Part shown: piece by piece, positions 1 through 9,870 of the stretch | Position numbering within the stretch: the stretch's first letter is position 1 | Layout: each line of letters begins with the position of its first letter | NCBI GenBank assembly: GCA_050117845.1 | Contig: JASFLY010000005.1 | Location: forward strand, 32,001-96,000 | Length of the DNA stretch: 64,000 nt | Reading direction: 5' to 3' | From: Candidatus Zixiibacteriota bacterium | GTDB taxonomy: Bacteria > RBG-13-66-14 > B26-G2 > WVWN01 | Translations under genes and position numbers: made by a program | The notes under the pieces: model-generated | Told to the model about the DNA's origin: nothing | The model's input: only the letters and a program-made list of their open reading frames with translations | The model's database searches: none

Positions 1-693
1 GCAAACCTCGCCCGAGGGGATGTTGAGCATGGGGTCGCGTTCGTTTTCCCCCGGCAGGCCGACGAGGCCGTCGTCGGCGTAGACCCGGCGGCCCTCGATG
101 TTCAGCGTCACGTCCGTTCCCTTGGGCGACGTGATGTGCACTTTTTTCGTGCCCTCGACGAACGCGGCGAGTTCGGCCACGTGGCGCCGGAGCGCGTCGT
201 AGTCTATGTCCACCGCCTGCCAGAAGGCGTCGTGATAGGCCTCGTACGGTACGTCGAAGAACTCCGCCTGGGCGGAGGTGGGCCAGTCCGTGATGATAAC
301 GCGGCGCCGGCCGTCGTATAGTACTTCCTGGAAAGGAACCCGGCCGCGCATATAGGCCGCGATTTTATCCCCGGCCACGTCCGCCATCACCGCCGGGTTT
401 TGATACTGGCAATAGAGGGTGATCATTACGTCGGTGTGTTTCATCAGGTTCACGAGGTGCTCGGCGGGGCGGGAGAGGTCGGCGGCGGCCGCCTCGTGGA
501 ACGTCCGGATCTCCGCTTTTTCCCGGCGCGTGACGTTCAAGGGAACGGCGCCCCGGCGGTAGCATTCCACGATGAGCGCGTCCGCCAGCTCGAAGAGCTG
601 GTCGTGGGAGAAGACAGTAACCATCTCGCCTTCCCGGAGGCGGCTGCAATCGGCGAGAAGGGAGGCTATTCGTTCGAAATTGGGTTTTATCAT
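1..693 (-). CDS. Aminopeptidase, peptidase M29 (AmpS/PepS-like) family; runs off the window edge
   Basis: Manual translation from ATG 693 (MIKPNFERIASLLADC...). The last 180 nt read VHITSPKGTDVTLNIEGRRVYADDG...NIPSGEVC, matching the M29 GTDL / N.P.GEV motifs. Confidence 0.75.
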   Translation of the reverse strand, partial: MIKPNFERIASLLADCSRLREGEMVTVFSHDQLFELADALIVECYRRGAVPLNVTRREKAEIRTFHEAAAADLSRPAEHLVNLMKHTDVMITLYCQYQNPAVMADVAGDKIAAYMRGRVPFQEVLYDGRRRVIITDWPTSAQAEFFDVPYEAYHDAFWQAVDIDYDALRRHVAELAAFVEGTKKVHITSPKGTDVTLNIEGRRVYADDGLVGLPGENERDPMLNIPSGEVC

Positions 694-694
694 T

Positions 695-1231
695 TTATTT
701 TAACTCGAGGATGGTAAGTTTATCGTTGGTGTAAAGGTCTATCCCGGCCGAGGCCAGCAGGCTCTCTCGGCAAATCTCGGCCGCCGAAAGGTCGGTGTGC
801 TTCAGCAGTACGCGGGCCGCAGCCATGGCGTACGGGCCGCCCGACCCCATGGCTATTATGCCGTCGTCCGGCTCGAGTACGTCGCCGGCGCCGGTGATGA
901 GGTACGAGTGTTCCCGGTTGACCGCGGCGATGAGGGCGTCCAGCTGTCGCAGCATTTTATCCGTGCGCCACGTTTTGGCCAATTCCACGGCCGCCTTCGG
1001 CATGTTCCCGGGGTATTTCTTGAGCTGCTCCTCGAGGCGTTCGAAGAGGGCCAACGCGTCGGCGGTGGCCCCGGCGAAGCCGCATAGGACCTTCCCGTCC
1101 AGCATGTCCCGGACCTTGACGGCCCCGGCCTTCAGTATGGTATCGCCGACCGTAACCTGGCCGTCGGCGCCGAGCGCGACGTCGTCGCCGCGCCGAACCG
1201 AAAGTACCGTCGTGCCGTGGAGTTTGGTCAT
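695..1231 (-). CDS. hslV: ATP-dependent protease peptidase subunit HslV
   Basis: HGTTVLSVRR, ADGQVT, GFAGATADA, WRTDKMLRQL, GSGGPYA motifs. Confidence 0.97.
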   Translation of the reverse strand: MTKLHGTTVLSVRRGDDVALGADGQVTVGDTILKAGAVKVRDMLDGKVLCGFAGATADALALFERLEEQLKKYPGNMPKAAVELAKTWRTDKMLRQLDALIAAVNREHSYLITGAGDVLEPDDGIIAMGSGGPYAMAAARVLLKHTDLSAAEICRESLLASAGIDLYTNDKLTILELK

Positions 1232-1478
1232 ATCTTCCCTCGTCGTTTTCGCGGAGGGGATTATTATTGTGTTGATTTACGCCGCCGTCGGGGCGGCGGT
1301 TTAGCTTAACACGTAGCGCCGCGCATTACCACCCCGCGGTCGAGGTTCGTCGGGCGCTTAATTTCCGATTTCGATATTCAGGGGAGTCGGGCGAACGGGG
1401 ATTTGGGGTACCGGAGAAACGCCCGACCGTTAAACAGCCCGTATTATACATTAAATGTGAGTTCGGGGAAACTCTTTT

Positions 1479-2441
1479 CTATTCTTCGCCCTCGCCTTTA
1501 TCGCCGCGGCCCGAGGCGTGGGGATGGTATTTGTCGTACACTTTTCGGAGGCGGCCGGTAGTGACGTGGGCGTAAATGGCGGTGGTCGCGACGTTTTCGT
1601 GCCCCAGAAGTTCCCGAATGGTCTCGATGTCGGCCCCGGCGTCGAGCATATGGGTCGCGAAGGTGTGGCGCCAGGTGTGGGGGCTGGTCCCCGGCCCCCC
1701 CGTCCGGGCCACGAGGCGGTGGACGCTCCGGGCCGTCAGGCCCGTCCCGCGGTTATTCAAAAAAAGCTTCTTCTCGCCGGCCGCCGGTTTCAATAGCTTG
1801 CGTTTGCCGAGGTACTCGGAGACGGCGGCGGCGGCCTTGGCGCCGGTCGGTACCACCCGCGTTTTGTCCCCCTTGCCCGTAACGGTTACGAGTTCGCGTT
1901 TCGTATCGACGTCCCCCAGTTCCAGGCCGACGAGTTCGCCCACGCGGACGCCGGCTCCATACAGAAGCTCGAGGATCGCCCAGTCGCGGAGCGCGATGGC
2001 CGCGGCCCGTTCCCGGGCGCGCCGCGTTTTATGGCGGGTCGTCGGCGTTTGCCGGGCCCCGGCTTCCGCCCGGTCGAGGACGGCGGCGGCCTCGTCCACG
2101 TTCAGGTAGGTCGGCAGGTCCGCGGAGAACTTGGGCGTCCGCAGGGCCTCGGCCGGGTTTTCCTCGATCAGGCCATGCTGGCGCAGGTATTTGTAAAATT
2201 TACGAAGGGAGGATATCTTGCGGGCCAGCGAGCGGGGCGAGACGCCTTCCTCCCGTAAGTTGACCAAAAAATGGCGCAGGTCAAGCGTCCCGTACTCCCG
2301 GACGTTGCGGCCGGGATCGTACTCGGCGGCGAAGGCGGCGAATTGCTTCAGGTCGCCGGCGTAACTCCGAACGGTGTGGGGCGACGCCCGTACGACGTCG
2401 GTCAGGTAAGCCAGAAAGGATGCGATGTCGTCATCGGCCAT
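1479..2441 (-). CDS. xerC: Tyrosine recombinase XerC-like
   Basis: RD.AILELLYGAGVRVGEL, GKGDKTR, SPHTWRHTFATHML, LLGH..TT.IY; upstream of hslV as is typical for xerC. Confidence 0.88.
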   Translation of the reverse strand: MADDDIASFLAYLTDVVRASPHTVRSYAGDLKQFAAFAAEYDPGRNVREYGTLDLRHFLVNLREEGVSPRSLARKISSLRKFYKYLRQHGLIEENPAEALRTPKFSADLPTYLNVDEAAAVLDRAEAGARQTPTTRHKTRRARERAAAIALRDWAILELLYGAGVRVGELVGLELGDVDTKRELVTVTGKGDKTRVVPTGAKAAAAVSEYLGKRKLLKPAAGEKKLFLNNRGTGLTARSVHRLVARTGGPGTSPHTWRHTFATHMLDAGADIETIRELLGHENVATTAIYAHVTTGRLRKVYDKYHPHASGRGDKGEGEE

Positions 2442-2445
2442 GGCG

Positions 2446-3159
2446 CTATCCGGGGCGGCGCTCGGGCCGGAAGATGCGGCTTTCGGGGATTCCGAAAAGC
2501 TCGATCATCTGCAGCGGATACTCCAACTCGAAGAGTTCGTCGCGCCGATGGGCGTCCGACCCGACGGCGAAATTGAGGCCCATGTCGAACGCCAGCTTGA
2601 TTTGCGGCGGCCGGGGAACCATCCAGCGGCCGCTTATTTCGACCGCGATGCCGCGCTCGGCCGCGGCGGCCCAGACGGAGCACGTGCGCTCCTCGTTCCA
2701 CATCTCTTCGTAGAGATCGGCGAAACGGTTCGGCAGGTACGTGGGATGGGCGAGTACGTCCATGGGGTCGCCGACGAGTGCCGCCAACGTCGTTTCCATG
2801 TAGGCGGATACGAAATCGGCCGGGTCCTCGGGATACCAGGCGCCCCAGAAGAAGCACTTCTTCCCGCCTACGGTCACGGCGTGAAGTCCCCCCAGCAGGT
2901 AGTCGAGGCGCGCCAGCCGGTCCGGCCCCACCGGGATATCCTCGCCGATACAGTACTCGGCGCCCAGAAGTAGGTCGTAGCCGCGAACGTCCTCGACGTA
3001 ATCGTCGAAGGCCCCCGGCTCGAACATTTTATGGTAGGGCGAGAGGTGGTCGCAGATGCCGGCCGTGACCCGGGACCGCCGGGCCTTACGGGCGACCTCG
3101 GCGACGGTGAGTGTGCTGTCGGAGTGGGTCGTGTGGATGTGGAGGTCGATTTTACGCAT
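2446..3159 (-). CDS. PHP-domain phosphoesterase
   Basis: DLHIHTTHSD, ICDH, AHP, GSDAH metal-binding motifs. Confidence 0.85.
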   Translation of the reverse strand: MRKIDLHIHTTHSDSTLTVAEVARKARRSRVTAGICDHLSPYHKMFEPGAFDDYVEDVRGYDLLLGAEYCIGEDIPVGPDRLARLDYLLGGLHAVTVGGKKCFFWGAWYPEDPADFVSAYMETTLAALVGDPMDVLAHPTYLPNRFADLYEEMWNEERTCSVWAAAAERGIAVEISGRWMVPRPPQIKLAFDMGLNFAVGSDAHRRDELFELEYPLQMIELFGIPESRIFRPERRPG

Positions 3160-3196
3160 CCGGTTTCGGGCCTCGGCGCCGGCGGGGAGGAGCGGC

Positions 3197-4174
3197 CTAT
3201 CGCAAACCGGGATCGGAATAGAGCGCGACCGGCCGCGAGAATCCGGATACGGAGTCGTAGTCGCCGGCTTCGCCCGTGCTGCCCTCGAGTTTGGATATCT
3301 CGAAGGCGTACGAGTCGGCGACCCACAACGACATGTCGTACGTGTTGGCCGCCAGGGCCGTCGGTTCGGCGAAGTCCTCGTTCGACCAGCGGAGGGTCCC
3401 GTTAGCCTTGAGCGATACGATTCTCCCGGCGGCCGAGTCGGCGGCGAAGCATACGCCGGTCCCGGTATTGACGGCGATGGAGTCCGGCGCGGCGAGTTCG
3501 GTCGATACGGCCAGGACGTTCCCCGTAGGCGAGACCCGGACGATCCGGCCGTTGCCGGTATCCGCGACCCAGAGGCGGCCGGAGCCGCCGTCGAAGGCCA
3601 GCGCCGCCGGCCTGTCGTACCCGTAGAAGGTTTGGATCTTGTTGCCTTGGCGGTCGCACCGGACTATGGTGGAGGCGCAAGCAACGTAAACGTCGCCGTT
3701 GGTGGGGTCGACCGCGGCGGCGGCCGGGTTGTCGAGGCCGGCGAGTTCCGCCCGGATGGTCCCGCGTTCGGTTAGTTTATATATCTTCCCGTTCAGGCCG
3801 TCGACGACCCACACGGAACTTTCCTTCGGAGAGAACGCCATCGCGACCGGTTCGCCGAAGCCGTAGAGCGTTTTTTCGACGACGGCGCGCGCGCTGAGCC
3901 GGAAGACCCGGCCTCCGTCGGCGTCCGTTACCCAGCAATATCCCTTATACGGGTCGAAGATGACCGCGGAAGGCCGGCCCAGGTCCGGCGAAGTGGCTTT
4001 GACGGCCGCGCCGCCGACGCCCACCTTATAAACCCGGCCCCGGTCCTCGTCCGCGACCCAGGTCGTCCCGGGGTCCGAGGTCTTGGCTTCCAGGACGGTT
4101 TCGGCGCACGCCGATAACAATACCGCCGCGGCGGCCGCGGTTATCATTGTACCCTGGATTATTTTCTTTCTCAT
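3197..4174 (-). CDS. NHL-repeat / beta-propeller lipoprotein
   Basis: Lipobox LLSAC after MRKK...; repeated P..VA.D....WV.D..GR units; ATG 4174 chosen as start. Confidence 0.75.
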   Translation of the reverse strand: MRKKIIQGTMITAAAAAVLLSACAETVLEAKTSDPGTTWVADEDRGRVYKVGVGGAAVKATSPDLGRPSAVIFDPYKGYCWVTDADGGRVFRLSARAVVEKTLYGFGEPVAMAFSPKESSVWVVDGLNGKIYKLTERGTIRAELAGLDNPAAAAVDPTNGDVYVACASTIVRCDRQGNKIQTFYGYDRPAALAFDGGSGRLWVADTGNGRIVRVSPTGNVLAVSTELAAPDSIAVNTGTGVCFAADSAAGRIVSLKANGTLRWSNEDFAEPTALAANTYDMSLWVADSYAFEISKLEGSTGEAGDYDSVSGFSRPVALYSDPGLR

Positions 4175-4480
4175 CGTGGTAAAAATAACATAGAGGCCAC
4201 CGTATATCAATTACCATTTGGGGGTGCCGTCGGACGTGCGGAGCGGTAGATGACGTTCAAATTCAATCAATAACCACTATTATTTGACCCCGCCCTTGCT
4301 TTCTGGTAGTAATTAATAAGTAGGATTCCGGAATTTAACAGAGCGGCCGTCCCGAACGAGTGGGGAAGGGGGCGTCGGGACGAGTCGGGTAATTGTAATC
4401 TTTTTCGCCAAGCCGGCCGACGTGCGCCTTGTGCTTGAATTACTCCGGCAGGAGTCGTATATTGGCGGTCCGGGACAACG

Positions 4481-5227
4481 ATGCTGGACACGATTTCGGT
4501 AGACACAACGCTCGTCGCGGCTTCGGCCGCGGGCATAGTAGCAATCGCGATAATCGCTTTCTCGTGGTTTCAACTCCGGCGTTTGACGAAGCGCGTCAAA
4601 CGATTGGAGTACGACCGGGACGACGCGTCGGCGCGGGCGGCCGCTATTACCCGGCCCCGGCCGCAGGCCCCTCCCGATTTGAAGTTGTCCCTGCGGCCCT
4701 GCACCGACGTGGCCGCGCCGGCCGATTTCGTTATCCACGGCCTGAACGCTTCGGGTTTCGTCCCCGTCGAAATGAACGGCGCCGGCCCCGGCCACCTGGT
4801 AGTGCTGGTTCTACTCATTACGAACGTGGGGCGCGACCCGTTGCTTCTGCGGCGGCCTTACCTCGTCTTCGGCCTGGGCGGCGGGGCGACCAAACTTGAG
4901 CCGCCGGCGACCATCGCCACCCTCGGCCGCCTGTCGTTCTACGACGCGGCGTCGCGGGACCGACTGCCGTTGGGCTCCGTCCGGGACGGCCTACTCGAGC
5001 GGATCGTAAGGGAGTATTCGCTCAACCGGCCGGCCCTGGAACTCAAGCCGTTCCAGCCGGTCGTATCGTACGCCGCGTTCATGCCCGGCCGGTTGGAAAA
5101 CTTGCCGGTGTTCCGGGAGGGCGCGATGGATTTCGGCGTGGGGTTCTACAGCTCGGCCGGGTGGCACCAGTACGGCGGTTTCCGGGCCCACCCGTTCCGT
5201 AACCTGGACGTCACTTATTACCGATAA
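4481..5227 (+). CDS. Hypothetical protein with N-terminal membrane anchor
   Basis: 248-aa ORF with a hydrophobic N-terminus; fills the gap between neighbours. Confidence 0.6.
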   Translation: MLDTISVDTTLVAASAAGIVAIAIIAFSWFQLRRLTKRVKRLEYDRDDASARAAAITRPRPQAPPDLKLSLRPCTDVAAPADFVIHGLNASGFVPVEMNGAGPGHLVVLVLLITNVGRDPLLLRRPYLVFGLGGGATKLEPPATIATLGRLSFYDAASRDRLPLGSVRDGLLERIVREYSLNRPALELKPFQPVVSYAAFMPGRLENLPVFREGAMDFGVGFYSSAGWHQYGGFRAHPFRNLDVTYYR

Positions 5228-5253
5228 CCGGAAAGTACGAAGGGGGTAAGGCC

Positions 5254-5856
5254 GTGTTTCGGAAATGGGGTATGGCGGCGTTGGCCGCGGCCGCGTTGTT
5301 CGCGGCGTGCAGCGAGGACCCGGCCGGCCCGGCCTCGCGGGGAGAATCCTACTGGCCCGCGGCCGACCGGACGAGCTGGCTGATGCGGGGCCGGTGGCAG
5401 GACCTCAGCGGCGGGAACGCCGGCGGCGAGTTCGGCATCGAGACGACCGTCGCCGGGACGAGTTACGACGGCGAGGGCAGGCCGGTTAAAAAGTGGCTCG
5501 CCAGCGAGGTCGACGGCTATTATTACGTACGCGTGGCCGGCGGCGAGGTATGGGCCAACTGGACCGAGACAAACCCGAAGGCGAATTACCATCTGTGGTT
5601 GAAACTCCCGCCCGAGGACGGCCAGTACTGGGAGGACTACCGGTACCGCGTATCGGTGCACGGGCCGTTCGAATTGAGCGTTCCTTTCGGCGACTACGGC
5701 GACGTTTACCGGGCCCGCTACGATTACGTCGGGGAACCGGGCCATTACGAAATTTGGTGGTACGCCGCCGGCGTGGGGTGCATTAAGTACGAGCACTACC
5801 TGCCCGGCGAAAAGCACGAAATGGTGGAACTCGTGGAATTCACGCCCGGCTCGTAA
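5254..5856 (+). CDS. Hypothetical lipoprotein
   Basis: Lipobox FAAC; C-terminal WYAAGVG.IK motif. Confidence 0.7.
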   Translation: MFRKWGMAALAAAALFAACSEDPAGPASRGESYWPAADRTSWLMRGRWQDLSGGNAGGEFGIETTVAGTSYDGEGRPVKKWLASEVDGYYYVRVAGGEVWANWTETNPKANYHLWLKLPPEDGQYWEDYRYRVSVHGPFELSVPFGDYGDVYRARYDYVGEPGHYEIWWYAAGVGCIKYEHYLPGEKHEMVELVEFTPGS

Positions 5857-5952
5857 GCGCCGGCGAGAGGTAAACGACGGGGAGAAAACGGGAGCGCGTG
5901 CGCGGCGCTCCCGTTTTCTTACGTCAACGGCTATCCGGGGCGAAGGGGCGCC

Positions 5953-6762
5953 GTGCTCGAAAAAATAAAAAAGGGTATCCCCACGATGGGGTTAATACTG
6001 GCCGTGGCGGCGGCGGTGGCATTCGTGGTCTACGTGCACGTCTACTATCGGGGCGTACCTAAACCCATAGAACACATTTCGCCGTTCCACGCCAAGGTGT
6101 GCGTCGTGCCGGTTGGGGAAGTGCCCGAGGCCGACGTCGCCTTCGTCTGCGACGTGCTCGAGGCGCACCTGGGCCGCGAGGTCGTCGTCCGTGAGCCGTT
6201 GCCCCTCCAGGACGAGTATTACGATCCGGCCCGCGACCAGTACAGCGCCGGCGGATTACTCACTTACGTCGAGGCCAACGCGCCGGCGGAATCGTACCGC
6301 GTCGTCGGCGTTACGGCTGCGGACATCACCGTCTCGCAATTGAATTTCGTCTTCGGCCTCGCCCGTTGTCCGGGGAAATGTACGGTGATGTCGACGTATC
6401 GCCTCGGCCGCTATTGCGACAGCGACGAACAGCGGCTGGTTCGTTTCGCGAAGCTGATAATCCACGAAACCGGCCACACCTTCGGCCTGGCCCACTGCCG
6501 CCAGCGGCGTTGCGCCATGAAGTTCGCCGAGGGGTATGTGACGATGGACGAGCAAAGGCCGGCCTTCTGCGAACGGTGCGAGCTGCGTTTCTGCACCATT
6601 GCCGCGCAGGACCCGGCGGAGCGTCGGGACCGGCTCGAGGCGGTATTCGGGAAGTACGGTTTGATGGAGGAGGTGGGCGTTCCCGCCGGCCTTACGCCCG
6701 CGCCGGCGCCCTTCGACCCTACGCCGGAGGAGGGCATAAAATCCATCCGGGCCCACCGCTAG
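5953..6762 (+). CDS. Archaemetzincin-family Zn metalloprotease (M54) with N-terminal TM helix
   Basis: RDQY, NFVFGLA, HETGHTFGLAHC....C.M, FC..C. Confidence 0.88.
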   Translation: MLEKIKKGIPTMGLILAVAAAVAFVVYVHVYYRGVPKPIEHISPFHAKVCVVPVGEVPEADVAFVCDVLEAHLGREVVVREPLPLQDEYYDPARDQYSAGGLLTYVEANAPAESYRVVGVTAADITVSQLNFVFGLARCPGKCTVMSTYRLGRYCDSDEQRLVRFAKLIIHETGHTFGLAHCRQRRCAMKFAEGYVTMDEQRPAFCERCELRFCTIAAQDPAERRDRLEAVFGKYGLMEEVGVPAGLTPAPAPFDPTPEEGIKSIRAHR

Positions 6763-6793
6763 GGGGGACGGCGGCCGCGAGCCGCCTTTTTTC

Positions 6794-7219
6794 TTAATAG
6801 CGGAGGTCGATGTGGATTAGTACGACTTTTCTTTTAAGCGTAATCTTGGCGTCGTCGAACTCGGCCGCGTGGGCGGCGTCGCCGGCGTTGTTCGACGCTC
6901 CCGTGGCTTCCACCGGAACCTTGAAGAAGTTGAGGTCCACGATGCCGTTGCCGTTCTCGTCGTGGTGGACGGCGACGGCGTACGTTCCGTACGGGAGGTC
7001 GGTAAACGTTACCTGCGCCTCGCCGTTACGGATCTCGACGTCCGCCGTTTTATAGGCCAGCACGTAATTATCCGGAAAGCCGTTCTCGGACCTGAATATC
7101 GCGAAACGGGCCACGCCGGCGTCGGTCTTGAAGTTCTCGACGATGACCGTTATCTCCCCCCGCGACGCCGTAAGTTGGGCGGCGGCAACGCCCGCGACGG
7201 CCAGGCAGAGCATTCCCAC
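6794..7219 (-). CDS. DUF2141-family secreted protein (true start possibly ATA at 7237)
   Basis: F..LPYGTYAVAVHHDENGNG..D.NF..VP.E..G.SNN. Confidence 0.85.
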   Translation of the reverse strand: MGMLCLAVAGVAAAQLTASRGEITVIVENFKTDAGVARFAIFRSENGFPDNYVLAYKTADVEIRNGEAQVTFTDLPYGTYAVAVHHDENGNGIVDLNFFKVPVEATGASNNAGDAAHAAEFDDAKITLKRKVVLIHIDLRY

Positions 7220-7271
7220 TACGAACGCGTTTCTTATCTTTCCTCCCGGTCTTGGTGGATTAAGTTCCGGG

Positions 7272-9518
7272 TTAGAATAAATCGTACGGGTCGACGTCGA
7301 CCTTGACGCCGACCGGCCCCCGCCGATGCGCCAGGGCCGCGAGTTCCTCGCCGGCTTTCTCGATTTCGGCCCGGCTGGTCTTCACGAGGATTTGCCAGCG
7401 CGGCGTGCCGCGCGTCCGGGCCACAGGCGCCGGCAACGGCCCCACTATCTCCGCGGCCTCGCCGAATATTTCCTTAACTCTCTCCGCAACCTGACGAACG
7501 CCGTCTTTCGCGGCGGCCTTTTTCGTCTCGCTTACAATGACGTTGACGAGGATCGAGAATGGCGGTAGGCGGAGCCGTTTCCGAAACGCCAGTTCACGTT
7601 CGGCGAAACTTTCGTAATCGCCCGCGGCGGCGGCGGCAATGGCGTAATGCTCCGGGAAGAAGGTTTGCACTATGACCCGGCGGCCGGGCGAGGGCTCGAG
7701 CATCCGCCTTATCATACGGTAGGTCCGCTCCGAGGCCCGGAAGTCCGGGACGTTCATGGCGGTGTCGGCGCTGGCAAGCGCGGCCAGCGTAAAGGCCGGG
7801 TACTCCAGCGCCCGGCGGGCCATCTGCGTCCCCACGACGACGTCGTATTTCCCGGCGGCGATTTCCTCCCAACGTTTCCGAACCTGGGCCGGTGTGCGTA
7901 GCGCGTCCGAGTCCACCCGGGCGACGCGGAAAGTCCCGGAGAGAAGCTCGACCTCCCGGGCCAGCTTCTCGGTGCCGAAGCCCACGCCGGCGAACTTCTC
8001 CTTGCCGCAGGAGGGACAGTATCGGGGGAGGGGTTCGCGCCTGGAGCAATAGTGGCAGCGCAGCGCGTGCTCTTCGCGGTGGTAGGTGAACGCAACGTCG
8101 CAGCGGTCACACTTGAGCGCCGCGCCACATACGTCGCAGTAGATATAGGGGACGTAGCCGCGCCGGTTGACCATGACGAGCGCCCGGCCTCCCGCCCGCA
8201 CGGCATCCTTGACGGCGCTCGCCAGTTTCGCCGAGAGGATAACGGGCCCCTCGGCCCCGACCACCTTCGACATGTCTATCAGGGTCGGCGGCGCCCCGTC
8301 GGCCTCTGCCGCCACGCGCCGGCTCTCGGCCTCGCCCGCCGTGACGCGAGCGTAGCTCTCGAGCGAGGGCGCCGCGCCGGCCAATACCAGGCGCGTCCCC
8401 GCCGCCCGGGCCGCCGCGACTTCCCGGGCGACGTAGTAGAGAGACGTTTCCCACTGCTTGTAGGCGGCGTGGGCCTCGTCCGTCATTATTACCGGGGTCC
8501 CCGGCGGCAACGGTAAAAAGAGCGCGGAGCGGGTCCCGACGACGCGCGTGACCGTCCCGCGCCGACAGCGGCCGAAGGTGCGCCAGCGTGCCGCCGGCGT
8601 CATCTCCGAGTGGTAGGGGGCGAAGGCCTCGCCGGTCAGTTCCTCGCATTTCCGGCACAACGCCGGAACGCGGTACGTCTCGGGCGCGAGGACGAGGATG
8701 CTATCGGCGCCGTCCTTCCGCGCTTCCTCCAGAGCCGCAGCGAGGCGCGCGTCGGCGGCACCGCCGGTAAGGAGGAGCGTCCCGGGCGAGGCGGCAACGT
8801 TTTCCGCCGGAACCGAAACGAGGCCCAGCGCAACGCGCCGGCCGCCGAGGAGGCGGCGGAACGCGGCGCTCGTTTTGGGGGAGTCGAAAAAGGCTTTCGC
8901 GGGTAGGGGGCCCGCCGCCAGTTCGTCCAGGATGCCCTGGCCCAGCTTACCGGCCTTGCCGGTCGGCCCGTCTACCGCGTAAGCGGTCACGTCGTCGAGG
9001 GTGGGCCGGGAGGCTGCCGGTTCGACGGCGAGGACCCGACGGCCGATAAGGTCCCTGATTATTCCGTTGGGGCCGGCCGCCCGGGAGCCGAGCCACCCGG
9101 CCTCCCATACCGCGGCGACGACCGTTTGCTCGTCGGACGAGAGGGATGCCACGTCGGGCGAGGCGGCGAAAGCGGCGTCGAGCAAGAGCAAGTCGTCGCG
9201 CCGGGCGTCGAGGGGGATGGGGAGGGCGAGGCGGGCGGTTTCGCCCGGCGACCCCGCGTATCGGCGGCCTACGAGTTCGACGAGTTCCCACAGAAAGGGT
9301 GGCAACAGCGGCGCGGCGTCGACGACCCGGGAGATTCCCTTAACGGCGACATGGCCGGGTGGGGCGTCCGCGGGTCGTCCGGCCAACCCCACCGCCGGCC
9401 GCCGGCCGAACTCTACCTCTACGCGGCTCCCCGGCGCCGGCAACTCCGAAGCGCAGTAGGTGTAGGGGCCGAAGGGCGGCCGCGTGAAGTGTACGTCGAT
9501 ATAACAGCCTTCGCCCAT
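7272..9518 (-). CDS. priA: Primosomal protein N' (PriA) with degenerate helicase motifs
   Basis: N-terminal YTY / G.RV.V.FG, VVGTRSALFLP, NRRGY, four CxxC Zn knuckles, G.GTE, PDFRASER, C-terminal DVDP. Confidence 0.9.
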   Translation of the reverse strand: MGEGCYIDVHFTRPPFGPYTYCASELPAPGSRVEVEFGRRPAVGLAGRPADAPPGHVAVKGISRVVDAAPLLPPFLWELVELVGRRYAGSPGETARLALPIPLDARRDDLLLLDAAFAASPDVASLSSDEQTVVAAVWEAGWLGSRAAGPNGIIRDLIGRRVLAVEPAASRPTLDDVTAYAVDGPTGKAGKLGQGILDELAAGPLPAKAFFDSPKTSAAFRRLLGGRRVALGLVSVPAENVAASPGTLLLTGGAADARLAAALEEARKDGADSILVLAPETYRVPALCRKCEELTGEAFAPYHSEMTPAARWRTFGRCRRGTVTRVVGTRSALFLPLPPGTPVIMTDEAHAAYKQWETSLYYVAREVAAARAAGTRLVLAGAAPSLESYARVTAGEAESRRVAAEADGAPPTLIDMSKVVGAEGPVILSAKLASAVKDAVRAGGRALVMVNRRGYVPYIYCDVCGAALKCDRCDVAFTYHREEHALRCHYCSRREPLPRYCPSCGKEKFAGVGFGTEKLAREVELLSGTFRVARVDSDALRTPAQVRKRWEEIAAGKYDVVVGTQMARRALEYPAFTLAALASADTAMNVPDFRASERTYRMIRRMLEPSPGRRVIVQTFFPEHYAIAAAAAGDYESFAERELAFRKRLRLPPFSILVNVIVSETKKAAAKDGVRQVAERVKEIFGEAAEIVGPLPAPVARTRGTPRWQILVKTSRAEIEKAGEELAALAHRRGPVGVKVDVDPYDLF

Positions 9519-9588
9519 CGTCGAATATTAACATAAAAAAACCGGGCGGCTATCGTTAAGCGCCCGGTTCTTTCTCGCGGGGTAGGTA

Positions 9589-9822
9589 TTATTCGGTATC
9601 TTGCGGCTGGGTCAACGCTGGCCCGGCCTCGAACGTGAACTTGCCCCCGACGTATTCCTCTAACGCAAGGACCGTGGCCTTCTCGTTTTCGAGGAGTTCT
9701 TCGTATTTCGGGTAATCGTCGAGGATCTGTCGGGCCCGCCGCGCTATAGCTAGTACCGTAACGTAATCGTTATCGGAATCCGTGAAAACCTGTTCGACCG
9801 TTTTCTGTTCGTCTTTAACCAT
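9589..9822 (-). CDS. rpoZ: RNA polymerase omega subunit
   Basis: Y.TVLAIARRARQI...K.T.LALEE; rpoZ-priA neighbourhood. Confidence 0.75.
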   Translation of the reverse strand: MVKDEQKTVEQVFTDSDNDYVTVLAIARRARQILDDYPKYEELLENEKATVLALEEYVGGKFTFEAGPALTQPQDTE

Positions 9823-9870
9823 CGTTGCATCGACCTCCGGCGCCGTCCTTGCGGGCGCAGGGTGCTGCGG

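Noticed and set aside
1479..2441. Tyrosine recombinase as a prophage or island integrase
   Set aside because: XerC-like sequence in the xerC-hslV housekeeping context; no att sites or phage genes.
9520..9540. dif-like XerD arm (TTATGTTAAT, minus strand)
   Set aside because: No XerC arm; better explained as the extended -10 box of priA.
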